Shown piece by piece: positions 29,364-38,852 of a stretch of 64,000 nt of DNA. The stretch spans positions 256,001 to 320,000 of the forward strand of contig JBGAON010000005.1 of NCBI GenBank assembly GCA_044221725.1, written 5' to 3'. The stretch comes from Elusimicrobiota bacterium (GTDB taxonomy: Bacteria > Elusimicrobiota > Elusimicrobia > F11). Under the pieces are notes generated by a model. The model was not told the DNA's origin. It saw only the letters and a program-made list of their open reading frames with translations, and searched no databases. Position numbers and translations under genes: made by a program. The first letter of the stretch is position 1, and every line of letters starts with the position of its first letter.

Positions 29364-30316
29364 AATTTCTTACCCGAGCATTGCTCGTTGCATCGCTGGT
29401 CGTCGGCAAAGCGGCCTTTGCTTTCGACTTCCCGACCGATGTTTCTGAAAAAAGATTCGCGACCGAGGTTCTCTGGAAGGGATTTCAGGGACTTAAGGTC
29501 GACGAGCGCCCCCGCGTCATTCTCGTGCTGGGCGGCGGTGGGGCCAAAGGTTTGGCGCACATCGGAGTGCTCCGCGTGCTGCGCGAAGAACACATTCCGG
29601 TGGATGAGGTGGTGGGGGTTTCGGTTGGTGCGTTGATCGGTTCGCTCACCGCGGCCGGTGTGACCGATATGGAACTCGAAACCATGGCCAACGAAATCGG
29701 CTGGAACAATTTAACGGCCACCTCCAAGGCATCCGCCGTGCGCATGATTCTGAACGACGAATTGCTTTCGACGCAGGGCATGGAAGATTATTTGAGAAAA
29801 CGGATTGGCGACAAAACCTTTAAAGACTTGCCGATTCCGTTTTCTTGCGTGGCGACCGATCTGCGCACCGGCGAAAAAATTGTGTTGCAAGAAGGATCGG
29901 TGGCGTTTGCCGCTCGTGCGAGCGCGACGATTCCCGGTTTGTTTCAACCGGTGCCGTTTCGGCAGCGGCTGCTCGTCGATGGCGGACTGGTCGATAATCT
30001 GCCGACGGATATTGTACCGAGAAAAAATGATTGGGACGTGGTGCTCGCCGTTCATCCGAAAGTCGAAAAACTTGCCGGCGATAAACTGACCGTTTTTAAG
30101 TCGCTCGTGCGCGCGATTGAAATTCAGGGCGGCGTGATCACGCAAGCGGGCAAGAAATCCGCTGACTTCGTGATTGAGCCGGAGGTTGGCGATGTTGGAA
30201 TCGCCGATTTGCGGCGGTCGCGCGAGTGCATTGAGGCGGGGACGTTGGCGGCGCACAAGTCGGTGTTGGCGCTCAAGCAGCTTTTGTTGAGTCGGCAGCG
30301 GGGGGTAAGGAAATGA
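29360..30316 (+). CDS. Secreted patatin-like phospholipase
   Basis: GGGGAKG, GVSVG nucleophile and DGG motifs, with a signal peptide. Confidence 0.92.
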   Translation: MKFLTRALLVASLVVGKAAFAFDFPTDVSEKRFATEVLWKGFQGLKVDERPRVILVLGGGGAKGLAHIGVLRVLREEHIPVDEVVGVSVGALIGSLTAAGVTDMELETMANEIGWNNLTATSKASAVRMILNDELLSTQGMEDYLRKRIGDKTFKDLPIPFSCVATDLRTGEKIVLQEGSVAFAARASATIPGLFQPVPFRQRLLVDGGLVDNLPTDIVPRKNDWDVVLAVHPKVEKLAGDKLTVFKSLVRAIEIQGGVITQAGKKSADFVIEPEVGDVGIADLRRSRECIEAGTLAAHKSVLALKQLLLSRQRGVRK

Positions 30317-31134
30317 GAATGAATTATTCCCCTCACCCTGCCCTCTCCCCGCTGACGCGGAGAGAGGGATTCGCGTTCGTTTGGGTCTATTTGATTTTTC
30401 TTTTTGCAGCGGCTTCAGTTTTCGCGGCGCCGCAGGATTCAGGGATGAATCTATATAAGCAGGGGAAATTTCCCGAGGCGGCGCAGGCATTTGAAGATGC
30501 ACTGCAAAAAAGCACGACGCGCGGAGAGCGTCGCGTTATTTACCTTTATATGGGCAAAAGCTATTTGTCGGCCGGTCGGCTCGACAAGGCGATCTCCGCC
30601 TACGAGCAAGCGCTGGATTACGACCCGCGTAATTGGCGTCGACATGGCGATCTGGCCGGGCTTTACGAACAGGCCGAACTTTATTGGAAAGCGGTCAACC
30701 TGTACAAAAGCGCACTGGCGCTTAACCCCAAAGATCCTTCGCTTTTTCTGTCGTTGGGCCGAATTTGGCGCAAAATCGGTATTTACGCGTACGCGCTGGC
30801 CGCGGTTGACAGCGCCGCTCTGAACGGAGGCCCGAACGACTTCGTCCAGCAAGAATTGTCACGCATTTACGAGGGACAAGGCCGCTTTCAAGACGCGGCC
30901 GCAGCCAGTCTCAAAGGCAACGACGACGCGCGGCGCGTGGTTTACCTGGCCGCGCTGGCCGATGACAAGGGATTGCTCGACGAGGGCCTCAAAAAGATGA
31001 AGACCGAGCGGGTTTCACCCGAATCGATCCGAACGTACGAAAATTTGGTTCAATTGCTCCAGCTCTCGCCACAAGAGATCCTTGCCGGTAAGACCAGCAG
31101 CACAACCCTCCAGGAGTTATTGAAGAAACAATGA
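30313..31134 (+). CDS. Periplasmic TPR protein
   Basis: Hydrophobic signal followed by TPR repeats (A...YEQAL.YDP, A...YKSALALNP). ATGA overlaps at both ends. Confidence 0.85.
   Translation: MRMNYSPHPALSPLTRREGFAFVWVYLIFLFAAASVFAAPQDSGMNLYKQGKFPEAAQAFEDALQKSTTRGERRVIYLYMGKSYLSAGRLDKAISAYEQALDYDPRNWRRHGDLAGLYEQAELYWKAVNLYKSALALNPKDPSLFLSLGRIWRKIGIYAYALAAVDSAALNGGPNDFVQQELSRIYEGQGRFQDAAAASLKGNDDARRVVYLAALADDKGLLDEGLKKMKTERVSPESIRTYENLVQLLQLSPQEILAGKTSSTTLQELLKKQ
30328..30370. repeat. REP palindrome (ccctcaccctgccctctccc...gagaggga) inside the TPR gene 5' end
   Basis: Near-identical to the REP copy at ~35043-35076. Confidence 0.75.
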
Positions 31135-32393
31135 AGTCGAAGCACGCCGTGTATCGCCGCGGCCAGCTATTTATCGAGAACGTGTCCGTTGCCGACATCG
31201 CCAAAAAGGTCGGCACGCCGTTTTATGCCTACACGCGCGCCGGCATTGAAGATGCCTTGGCGTCCTACGAAACCGCTTTTGCCAGCGTTCCGCACTTGAT
31301 TTGTTATTCGCTGAAAGCAAATTCCAGCTTGAGCATCGCGCGCATATTATCGAAAGCCGGTGGCGGAGTGGACATTGTGTCGGGCGGCGAGCTGCAACGC
31401 GCGCTTTTGGCGGGTTTTTCGCCGGACCGGATTATTTTTTCGGGTGTCGGTAAAACCAAAGATGAGCTGGCTCTCGCCATCAAGAAAGATATTCGGCTCA
31501 TTAACGTGGAATCCGAAGAAGAACTGCGCGCGTTAAACGACGTCGCTAACACCTTGCGACGTCCCGCTTATTTTTCGCTGCGCGTAAACCCCGACGTTCG
31601 GGCTGGCGGTCACCCGCACATTTCGACGGGCACGCCGAAAAACAAATTTGGTGTCTACCACAAAAACATTTTTCCACTGTATCAGTGGGCACAAAAACAA
31701 AAGTACTTACGACCAATTGCAATTCAGTCGCATATCGGTTCGCAAATCACGCGTGTTGCGCCTTACCGCCGTGCGTTGGCCGTTTTGTTGGATTTGGTCG
31801 ACAACTTGCGCCGCATTGGAATTCGCATGGAAATCCTTGATTTGGGCGGAGGGCTCGGCGTCACCTACGACAACGAAACGCCGGAGACGCCGTCGCATCT
31901 GGCCGATGTGGTGTTACCGGCGCTCAAAGGGCGAGGGTTAACGCTTTTCTTGGAACCGGGACGCTCAATGGTGGCGCAGTCCGGAATTTTGGTGACCCGT
32001 GTTCTTTATCGGAAGCAGGCCGGCACGAAACAATTTGTAATCGTGGACGCCGCGATGAACGATTTGGCGAGGCCCGCGTTGTACGACGCGTATCACGAAA
32101 TCATCCCGGTGCGCGAACGCAGCGGTCAGAAAATGGTGGTCGACGTGGTGGGGCCCGTGTGCGAATCGAGCGATTACTTCGCGAAAGGGCGCGCGATCGT
32201 CATGCCAAACCAAGACGATCTTTTGGCCGTTCTCACCGCCGGTGCGTATGGGTTTTCAATGAGTTCGCAGTACAACTCGCGGCCGCGGGTGCCCGAGGTG
32301 CTTGTTTCGGGATCGCGCATCGACGTGGTTCGGAAACGCGAAAGTTTTGAGGATCTTATTAGAGGAGAGAGCGTTCCGGCATATTTACGGTAG
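31131..32393 (+). CDS. lysA: Diaminopimelate decarboxylase
   Basis: YSLKAN, HIGSQI, LGGG, EPGR, GPVCES, GAYG. Confidence 0.97.
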   Translation: MKSKHAVYRRGQLFIENVSVADIAKKVGTPFYAYTRAGIEDALASYETAFASVPHLICYSLKANSSLSIARILSKAGGGVDIVSGGELQRALLAGFSPDRIIFSGVGKTKDELALAIKKDIRLINVESEEELRALNDVANTLRRPAYFSLRVNPDVRAGGHPHISTGTPKNKFGVYHKNIFPLYQWAQKQKYLRPIAIQSHIGSQITRVAPYRRALAVLLDLVDNLRRIGIRMEILDLGGGLGVTYDNETPETPSHLADVVLPALKGRGLTLFLEPGRSMVAQSGILVTRVLYRKQAGTKQFVIVDAAMNDLARPALYDAYHEIIPVRERSGQKMVVDVVGPVCESSDYFAKGRAIVMPNQDDLLAVLTAGAYGFSMSSQYNSRPRVPEVLVSGSRIDVVRKRESFEDLIRGESVPAYLR

Positions 32394-32466
32394 TCGCCCT
32401 GGAACGTTTTATTCCAGGGCCCATTTAACGTGGATTCTGGATAGAGACATTCCAGAATGACGACCA
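32392..32466. repeat. REP-like palindrome pair between lysA and dapF
   Basis: gtcgccctggaa...ttccagggc followed by ctggatagagacattccagaatgacg. Confidence 0.7.
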
Positions 32467-32475
32467 GACACCCAA

Positions 32476-33300
32476 ATGAAAAAAATTCCATTTATAAAAA
32501 TGCACGGGGCAGGGAACGACTTTGTGTTTCTGTCGCGCGATAATTACAAGGGTGCGGTGACGCCGAAATTGGCGGAACGGTTGCTGGACCGGCACTTTGG
32601 TGTTGGCGGTGACCAACTTCTGTTGTTGTCGTCCGTGAAAACCGGGCAAGCGCCGCGGCTTGATTTCTTTAACTCGGACGGCTCCCGTGCCGAGATGTGC
32701 GGCAATGGTACGCGTGCCGTGGCCGCGTATCTGCGGGATCAAAAAGGGTTTCGCAGAGCGTTTCAAATCCGAACCCAAACGCGCATGATTGGTATTGGCT
32801 TTGCCGGCAAGAAGCTCGAAGTGGATATGGGCCATCCGATCTGGGACGGCCGTAAAATTCCAGTCAATGCCGACGGACCTGTTATCGGAAGAAAATTGAA
32901 AGTGGGCACCGAAACGTTCACGATCCACTGCGTTTCGATGGGGAATCCGCACTGCGTAATCTTTGTGAAAGACGTCGCAAAATTTCCGGTTCGCGAGATC
33001 GGTCCGCAAATCGAAAACCATTCGTTTTTTCCAAAACGCGTAAACGTTGAATTTGTCGAAGTGAAAAGCGGCACGCGTGTGAAAGCGCGTGTGTGGGAAC
33101 GCGGCGCCGGCGAAACTCTTGCCTGTGGAACCGGTGCTTGCGCGATTGGCGTCGTCGCTGCTCGCACCGGCAAAACCGCGCGCAACACAAAAATCGATTT
33201 GCCGGGCGGTGAACTGGGAGTTCGTTGGGGAAACGACGATCGCGTTTATCTGACCGGGCCGACCGAAGTCACGTACGCCGGAAATTTTTTACTGAAATAA
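32476..33300 (+). CDS. dapF: Diaminopimelate epimerase
   Basis: KMHGAGNDF, EMCGNG, GNPH, ERGAGETLACGTG. Confidence 0.97.
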   Translation: MKKIPFIKMHGAGNDFVFLSRDNYKGAVTPKLAERLLDRHFGVGGDQLLLLSSVKTGQAPRLDFFNSDGSRAEMCGNGTRAVAAYLRDQKGFRRAFQIRTQTRMIGIGFAGKKLEVDMGHPIWDGRKIPVNADGPVIGRKLKVGTETFTIHCVSMGNPHCVIFVKDVAKFPVREIGPQIENHSFFPKRVNVEFVEVKSGTRVKARVWERGAGETLACGTGACAIGVVAARTGKTARNTKIDLPGGELGVRWGNDDRVYLTGPTEVTYAGNFLLK

Positions 33301-33301
33301 A

Positions 33302-33349
33302 GTCGTCATCGTGGTCGTCACCCTGGAATGTCTCTATCCAGGATGACGA
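33302..33349. repeat. REP-like element between dapF and dapA
   Basis: tggtcgtcaccctggaatgtctctatccag is the reverse complement (28/30) of 32437-32466. Confidence 0.75.
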
Positions 33350-33381
33350 AATTACGCGAGGGCGACAGATTTGGAGGGGAT

Positions 33382-34257
33382 ATGTTTGCTGGTTCCTTTG
33401 TAGCGCTGATCACACCATTTAAACGCGGCCGCATCGACGAGAAGAAAATTCAAGAGCTCGTTGAGTGGCACATCGCCGAAAAGACCTCGGGTCTCGTTCC
33501 TGTGGGGACGACCGGCGAGTCGGCGACGTTGTCGCACGCCGAACATCGGCGCGTTATCGAAGTGGTCGTTCGCGCGGCGAAAAAACGGGTGCCCGTTATT
33601 GCTGGTGCCGGATCCAATTCCACGGACGAAGCGATTTCGCTCAGTGTTGAGGCGCGCAAGCTCGGGGCGGACGCGGTTCTGTCGGTCAATCCCTATTACA
33701 ATCGTCCCACACAAGAAGGTTTGCGTGCGCACTTTTCGGCCGTCGCAAAAGCGGCTGGTTTGCCGGTCATCCTGTACAACATCCCGTCGCGCAGCGGTGT
33801 AAACGTCAACGTTGACACGATGGTTCGTCTCGCCGAGCAGCACAAAAATATCGTTGGTGTAAAAGAGTCCAGTGGCAGCATGGACCAAGCAAGCGAAATT
33901 TTGCAGCGCATCGGAAAGAAGTTTTTTATTTTGTCAGGTGATGATTCGCTGACGTTGCCGCTCATGTCCATCGGCGCATCCGGTGTGATCTCGGTGGCGG
34001 CCAACCTGGTGCCACGGGCCGTGTCGGACTTGGTGTTCGCGGCGCTCAACCAAGATTTTGGTCGCGCGCAGGAAATTCATTTGAAGCTTTTCCCGCTCGT
34101 GAAATCACTGTTCTTGGAGACAAATCCATCGCCGATCAAAGCGGCGATGAAAGAAGCGGGTATCATTACCGACGGGTCGTTGCGGTTGCCCATGGTGCGT
34201 GTCACGGACACCACGCGTCAAAAGCTTAAAGCGGCGATGAAGGAGTACGGGCTATGA
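33382..34257 (+). CDS. dapA: 4-hydroxy-tetrahydrodipicolinate synthase
   Basis: ALITPF, GTTGES, PYYN, YNIP, GVKES. RBS GGAGGG precedes the ATG at 33382. Confidence 0.97.
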   Translation: MFAGSFVALITPFKRGRIDEKKIQELVEWHIAEKTSGLVPVGTTGESATLSHAEHRRVIEVVVRAAKKRVPVIAGAGSNSTDEAISLSVEARKLGADAVLSVNPYYNRPTQEGLRAHFSAVAKAAGLPVILYNIPSRSGVNVNVDTMVRLAEQHKNIVGVKESSGSMDQASEILQRIGKKFFILSGDDSLTLPLMSIGASGVISVAANLVPRAVSDLVFAALNQDFGRAQEIHLKLFPLVKSLFLETNPSPIKAAMKEAGIITDGSLRLPMVRVTDTTRQKLKAAMKEYGL

Positions 34258-34994
34258 CCGCAAAAAAAATTAATCTCGCGGTGTGCGGGGCGGCAGGCCG
34301 TATGGGCACGCGCATTCTCGCGCTCGCTCACAACGATCTTCGGTTCAATGAAATCATCGGTGTCGACAAAGCCGATAACCTCGTCAATGTTCTCGTCGAT
34401 GCCGATGTTGTGATTGATTTCACATCGCCCGAGGCGACGCTCGGGATTGCGCAGAAGGTTTCTTCTGCGAAGCGTGCGCTTGTTGTCGGGACAACCGGTC
34501 TCACGGACGGAACTTTGAGCAAACTGCGCGGCTTTTCGAAACGGATTCCGCTTGTGTTCTCGCCGAACATGAGCATTGGAATGAACATTTTGTTTGACCT
34601 TGTGCGACAGGCGGCGCAGTCGCTGAAAGGTTTCGACATCGAAGTGATTGAAGCGCATCACAATTTGAAGAAAGACGCGCCTTCCGGAACAGCGATGCGA
34701 TTGGCGAATGTTGCGGCCGAAGGCTCATCGCGCCGTCCGCAAGATTTTGTGTATGGCCGCAAAGGCATGATCGGGCCACGAACAAAAAAAGAAATTGGCA
34801 TCTCAACGGTTCGGGCAGGCGATATTGTTGGAGACCATACGGTGATGCTGGCCGGTGCCGGTGAGCGTGTGGAACTTACGCACCGCGCGCACTCGCGTGA
34901 CGCGTTCGCGGCGGGGGCCATCGCGGCGGCCGCGTGGGCGGTCGGCCAGAAGCCGGGGTTTTACAGCATGAAAGACGTTTTAAACATTCGTTAA
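34254..34994 (+). CDS. dapB: 4-hydroxy-tetrahydrodipicolinate reductase
   Basis: GAAGRMG, GTTG, EAHHNLKKDAPSGTA. Confidence 0.97.
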   Translation: MTAKKINLAVCGAAGRMGTRILALAHNDLRFNEIIGVDKADNLVNVLVDADVVIDFTSPEATLGIAQKVSSAKRALVVGTTGLTDGTLSKLRGFSKRIPLVFSPNMSIGMNILFDLVRQAAQSLKGFDIEVIEAHHNLKKDAPSGTAMRLANVAAEGSSRRPQDFVYGRKGMIGPRTKKEIGISTVRAGDIVGDHTVMLAGAGERVELTHRAHSRDAFAAGAIAAAAWAVGQKPGFYSMKDVLNIR

Positions 34995-35003
34995 ATCCCA
35001 GAT

Positions 35004-35078
35004 TCCCTCCCCCTTTAGGGGGAGGGTTAGGGAGAGGGGAACCCCTCACCCTGCCCTCTCCCTAAAGGGAGAGGGATT
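35004..35078. repeat. REP doublet between dapB and dapL
   Basis: ccctccccctttagggggaggg...ggagagggg followed by cccctcaccctgccctctccctaaagggagaggg. Confidence 0.8.
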
Positions 35079-35095
35079 AGGAGAAAAGATTATTT

Positions 35096-36265
35096 ATGAA
35101 AGTCCGTTCCTCGCTCAACCAACGCCTACAAAAACTTCCGCCGTATCTTTTTGCGGAGCTTGATCGCCGAAAAAAGGCGGTCATCGCTAGCGGTGTCGAT
35201 TTGATCTCGCTCGGCGTTGGCGATCCCGATCGTCCGACGCCGTCCCACATTATTGAAGCAGCGAAAAAGGCCCTGGACAACCCGAGCCACCACAAATATC
35301 CGTTCGGATCGGGCTTGGCACCTTTCCGCGAGGCCGTTCGTGCGTTCATGAAGACACGATTTGAGGTTGATGTGGATGCGGCCACCGAAGTTTATTCGTT
35401 GATTGGATCCAAGGAAGGCATTGGCCATTTGCCACTCGGTGTGGTGGACGTCGATGACGTGGTGCTGGTTCCCGATCCGGGATATCCCGTTTATCAAGGG
35501 TCCACAATTCTTGCGGGCGCCGAGGTGTATTACATGCCTCTCTTGGAAGAAAACAATTTTCTGCCGGATTTGGACCGCATTCCGCTGGATGTGCTCGAAC
35601 GTGCGAGCCTAATGTTTATCGGTTATCCCAACAATCCAACGTCGGCGTCGGCCACCGAAGAATTTTTCAAGAAGGTCGTGAAGTTCGCGCGGGATCACGA
35701 GATTGTGGTCGCTCACGACAACGCTTATTCCGAAATGTATTACGGCAAACCACCGATCAGTTTTCTAAAGACTCCGGGAGCGAAGGACGTCGGCGTCGAG
35801 TTTCATTCGCTGTCGAAAACCTACAACATGACCGGCTGGCGAATCGGCTGGATTTGCGGCAACAGAGATGTTGTGAAGCAGTTGGCCACCGTGAAAGACA
35901 ATTTTGACTCTGGCGTTTTCGAAGTGGTTCAGGCGGCGGGCATAGCGGCGCTCACCGGGCCGCAGTCCTGCGTGGAAGAAATGCGCAAGATGTACAAGAA
36001 GCGTCGCGACGTTTTTGTGCCGGCGCTGAAAAAACTTGGTTGGAATCTCAACACGCCGGACGCGACGTTTTATGTGTGGGCGCACACGCCGAACGGTCTT
36101 TCTTCAATGGAAACGGTGTCGCACATTCTCGACAAAACCGGAGTTCTCTGCACGCCGGGCAACGGTTTCGGCCCCTCGGGCGAAGGCTTTGTGCGCTTCG
36201 CTCTGACCGTCGAAGAATCCCGCCTCGAAGAAGCGATTCAGCGCCTATCCAAACTTACGTGGTAA
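35096..36265 (+). CDS. dapL: LL-diaminopimelate aminotransferase
   Basis: Class I PLP aminotransferase (LPPYLFA, IGSKEG, YPNNPT, HSLSKTYNMTGWR) located in the dap operon. Confidence 0.88.
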   Translation: MKVRSSLNQRLQKLPPYLFAELDRRKKAVIASGVDLISLGVGDPDRPTPSHIIEAAKKALDNPSHHKYPFGSGLAPFREAVRAFMKTRFEVDVDAATEVYSLIGSKEGIGHLPLGVVDVDDVVLVPDPGYPVYQGSTILAGAEVYYMPLLEENNFLPDLDRIPLDVLERASLMFIGYPNNPTSASATEEFFKKVVKFARDHEIVVAHDNAYSEMYYGKPPISFLKTPGAKDVGVEFHSLSKTYNMTGWRIGWICGNRDVVKQLATVKDNFDSGVFEVVQAAGIAALTGPQSCVEEMRKMYKKRRDVFVPALKKLGWNLNTPDATFYVWAHTPNGLSSMETVSHILDKTGVLCTPGNGFGPSGEGFVRFALTVEESRLEEAIQRLSKLTW

Positions 36266-36313
36266 TTACATCATTCCGATCGGTTTAACTCGGGATTATA
36301 GTCGCGCTTCAGA

Positions 36314-36559
36314 CTACTTTCGCTTCTTCAGGTGTCGCCATACCTGTTCATGGGAGAGGGCATGGGCTCTGTCGAAAGTTTTTTCGCGTTCGCGAGCGAA
36401 ACGAAGCAGTTCTCGATCTTCATGTTTTTCGATTGCCTCTTTTACGAGGTCTCGAACTTTAAGTGAGAGAGAAATTCCTTGTTTTTTGGCCATAGCTTCC
36501 ACCAATTTGAATAAATATTTATCCAATACGACGTGTATTCGAGGGTTTGTCGCTGGCAT
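36314..36559 (-). CDS. RHH-type antitoxin (orphan)
   Basis: MPATNPRIHVVL...SLSLKVRDLVKEAIE..ED...LSHEQVW matches the pattern of RHH antitoxins that normally precede RelE/ParE toxins. Confidence 0.75.
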   Translation of the reverse strand: MPATNPRIHVVLDKYLFKLVEAMAKKQGISLSLKVRDLVKEAIEKHEDRELLRFAREREKTFDRAHALSHEQVWRHLKKRK

Positions 36560-36607
36560 AACGGGGGTAGGCGCAGTGTAACAGAAGTGCTGCACCGCAG
36601 CAAGAAA

Positions 36608-37000
36608 TTATTTCTTGCCGTAAGTCGCTTCGATCGAGCTGTGGATGCCGCCGCGGGAGGAGAAATCGCCGCGCACGGTGCACCATTTTGGTTTCGCCGC
36701 TCTCACCACGTCTTTTAATATCCGATTGACCGCGTTTTCGTAGAAGATTCCCAGCTCGCGATAGGCGAGCATGTACATCTTAAGCGATTTCAATTCCAAG
36801 CACTGTTTGTTCGGGCGATAAACGATCGTGATGGCTCCGAAATCGGGCAGTTGGGTTTTTGGGCAAATCGACGTGTATTCGGGGACGGTGATGGTGATAT
36901 CGTACGCGGGAAATTGGTTCGGCCAGCATTCGATGTCAGGAAGTTTCGCGTCAATTCCGGAAATCGCGTGGCGGTCGGTGTAGCCTAGCTTCGTCTTCAT
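36608..37000 (-). CDS. queF: preQ0 reductase (type I QueF)
   Basis: CPKTQLPDFG, ELKSLK.Y, E, RGGI motifs. Confidence 0.93.
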   Translation of the reverse strand: MKTKLGYTDRHAISGIDAKLPDIECWPNQFPAYDITITVPEYTSICPKTQLPDFGAITIVYRPNKQCLELKSLKMYMLAYRELGIFYENAVNRILKDVVRAAKPKWCTVRGDFSSRGGIHSSIEATYGKK

Positions 37001-37413
37001 TTCTTTCTATTTCTCCTCATGTTGGCGCGAATCTTTTTCTCGCGGGCTTTTAATTCATCCCAGCGGTCGACGACGTCTTGCGCGCTCCATTTTTCGCCTT
37101 TCGCATCGCCAAACACATGCGGGTGGCGTAGCGTTAACTTAATTTTCAACGTTTCGAGCACATCATGGATGTCGAAGCGGCCTTTTTCTTCGGCAATCTT
37201 CGCGTGAAACAAAATTTGCAACAGCACGTCACCGAGTTCTTCCTCGAGGTTGTTCCAGTCCTTTTTCTTGACCGCCTGCTGCATTTCGGCGGTTTCTTCT
37301 TTCAGATATTTGAGCAGCGACTCGTGCGTCTGTTTGCGGTCCCACGCACAGCCACCGGGTGCCCGGAGCGTGTTCATGACCTCAATCAGATCAGAAAAAG
37401 TTGTCTTTTTCAG
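36997..37413 (-). CDS. mazG: Single-domain MazG nucleotide pyrophosphohydrolase
   Basis: LRAPGGCAWD..QT, EELGD, RHPHVF. Probable CTG start at 37413; the first ATG is at 37377. Confidence 0.9.
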   Translation of the reverse strand: MKKTTFSDLIEVMNTLRAPGGCAWDRKQTHESLLKYLKEETAEMQQAVKKKDWNNLEEELGDVLLQILFHAKIAEEKGRFDIHDVLETLKIKLTLRHPHVFGDAKGEKWSAQDVVDRWDELKAREKKIRANMRRNRKK

Positions 37414-38852
37414 AGCAAAGATCCCTTCAGGATAAGCATCGAAACAGAAAAATAGATGACGAGGCCGGTCACATCAACGAGCGTGGCGACGAACGGCGCG
37501 GAAACAACGGCCGGGTCAAGACCGATTTTCATAAGGATGATCGGCAAAATGGAACCGGACAAAGAACCCCAGAGAACTACGAGCACGAGCGCCGCGGCCA
37601 CCGCGGCCGCGACGAGCATGTAGTGCGGTCCGTAAATCGACGTGAATTGTGCCCACACAAAGATTCGGAAAAAGCCAATGCTGCCAAGGATTAGGCCGAG
37701 CACGAGACCTGAGAAAAATTCCCGCCGCATCACGCGCCACCAGTCGCGAAAGGTGATTTCTTTAAGCGCCAGCGCGCGCACAATGAGCGTTGCAGCCTGA
37801 GAGCCGGAATTGCCGCCGCTCGAGATAATGAGCGGAATAAAAAGGGCGAGCACGACCGCGCGTGCAATTTCCTTTTCGAAGAAAGCCATTGCGGTTGCTG
37901 TGAGCGTTTCTCCGACGAACAACACGCACAGCCAGGTTGCGCGTTTGCGCACCATGTCTTTGAACGGGGTCAGGAAATACGGATCTTCCAGCGCTTCGAC
38001 ACCAGCGAGCTTTTGGATGTCTTCGGTGGTTTCTTGTTCAATGACCTGAATCACGTCGTCGGCATCGAGTACGCCCACCAGTCGATTGTCGGCGTCGACG
38101 ACCGGGGCCGACATCACTTTGTACCGCGAAAATATCTCGGCCGCAGCTTCACGGTCCATCGTCACGAGAATGCGGATCGGCGACATCGGTGACATAATTT
38201 CTCGCATCTTTATGTCGTTCGGCGCCGCAATCAACGTGCGCAGCGCCACACCGCCGAGGAGCCGACGGTTACCGTTCGTCACGAAGATCATGTGAATATC
38301 TTCTTCGATGCGCACGCGCGATCGCGCTTGCAGCAACGCCATCGTTGCTTTGGCCGTGCTGTCGGGCCCCACATTAATGAAGTTCGTGCGCATAATAGCG
38401 CCCACCGTTTCGGCCGGGTATTCCAAAATTTCGCGAATTTCGCTCACGCGTTCCTTGTTCATGAGCGTCGACATTTTTTTGACCATTTTCTCGGGCAATT
38501 TCTTGAACAGTTTTGCGGTGACTTCGGTGGGCACTTCTTGAAGCAGAGGCGCCAGAAACGTGTCGTCCAAGTGGCCAAGAATCGTTTGTTGCTCCGGAAG
38601 CTCGAGTTCCTCGAAAACTTCCATCATGCGGGCCTGGGGGAGCAGCATGAACATGAGCACTTGCTGCTCCGGCGTGAAATTGTTGAACCCGTCCGCGAGA
38701 TCGATCGGATTTATCTCGGAGAGCAAGTCTTGCAGCGCTTCGAGCGAGCGTGCCTCAAGCAACTGTTTGATTTCCGGAACAAACAGTTCGATTGGCCGGC
38801 AATCCGCGCGCGGCTGGCGCGGTGATATGCTTTTCGGAGCGTTATCGTCCAT
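37410..38852 (-). CDS. mgtE: Magnesium transporter MgtE
   Basis: N-domain, CBS pair, plug (EQETTEDI), GGNSGSQ, DPA...PFVATLVDV. Confidence 0.96.
   Translation of the reverse strand: MDDNAPKSISPRQPRADCRPIELFVPEIKQLLEARSLEALQDLLSEINPIDLADGFNNFTPEQQVLMFMLLPQARMMEVFEELELPEQQTILGHLDDTFLAPLLQEVPTEVTAKLFKKLPEKMVKKMSTLMNKERVSEIREILEYPAETVGAIMRTNFINVGPDSTAKATMALLQARSRVRIEEDIHMIFVTNGNRRLLGGVALRTLIAAPNDIKMREIMSPMSPIRILVTMDREAAAEIFSRYKVMSAPVVDADNRLVGVLDADDVIQVIEQETTEDIQKLAGVEALEDPYFLTPFKDMVRKRATWLCVLFVGETLTATAMAFFEKEIARAVVLALFIPLIISSGGNSGSQAATLIVRALALKEITFRDWWRVMRREFFSGLVLGLILGSIGFFRIFVWAQFTSIYGPHYMLVAAAVAAALVLVVLWGSLSGSILPIILMKIGLDPAVVSAPFVATLVDVTGLVIYFSVSMLILKGSLL

Noticed and set aside
30360..30390. 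Type IV prepilin cleavage site (RREG|FAFVW) in the TPR protein
   Set aside because: It lacks Glu at +5, and the RREG is contributed by the REP sequence.
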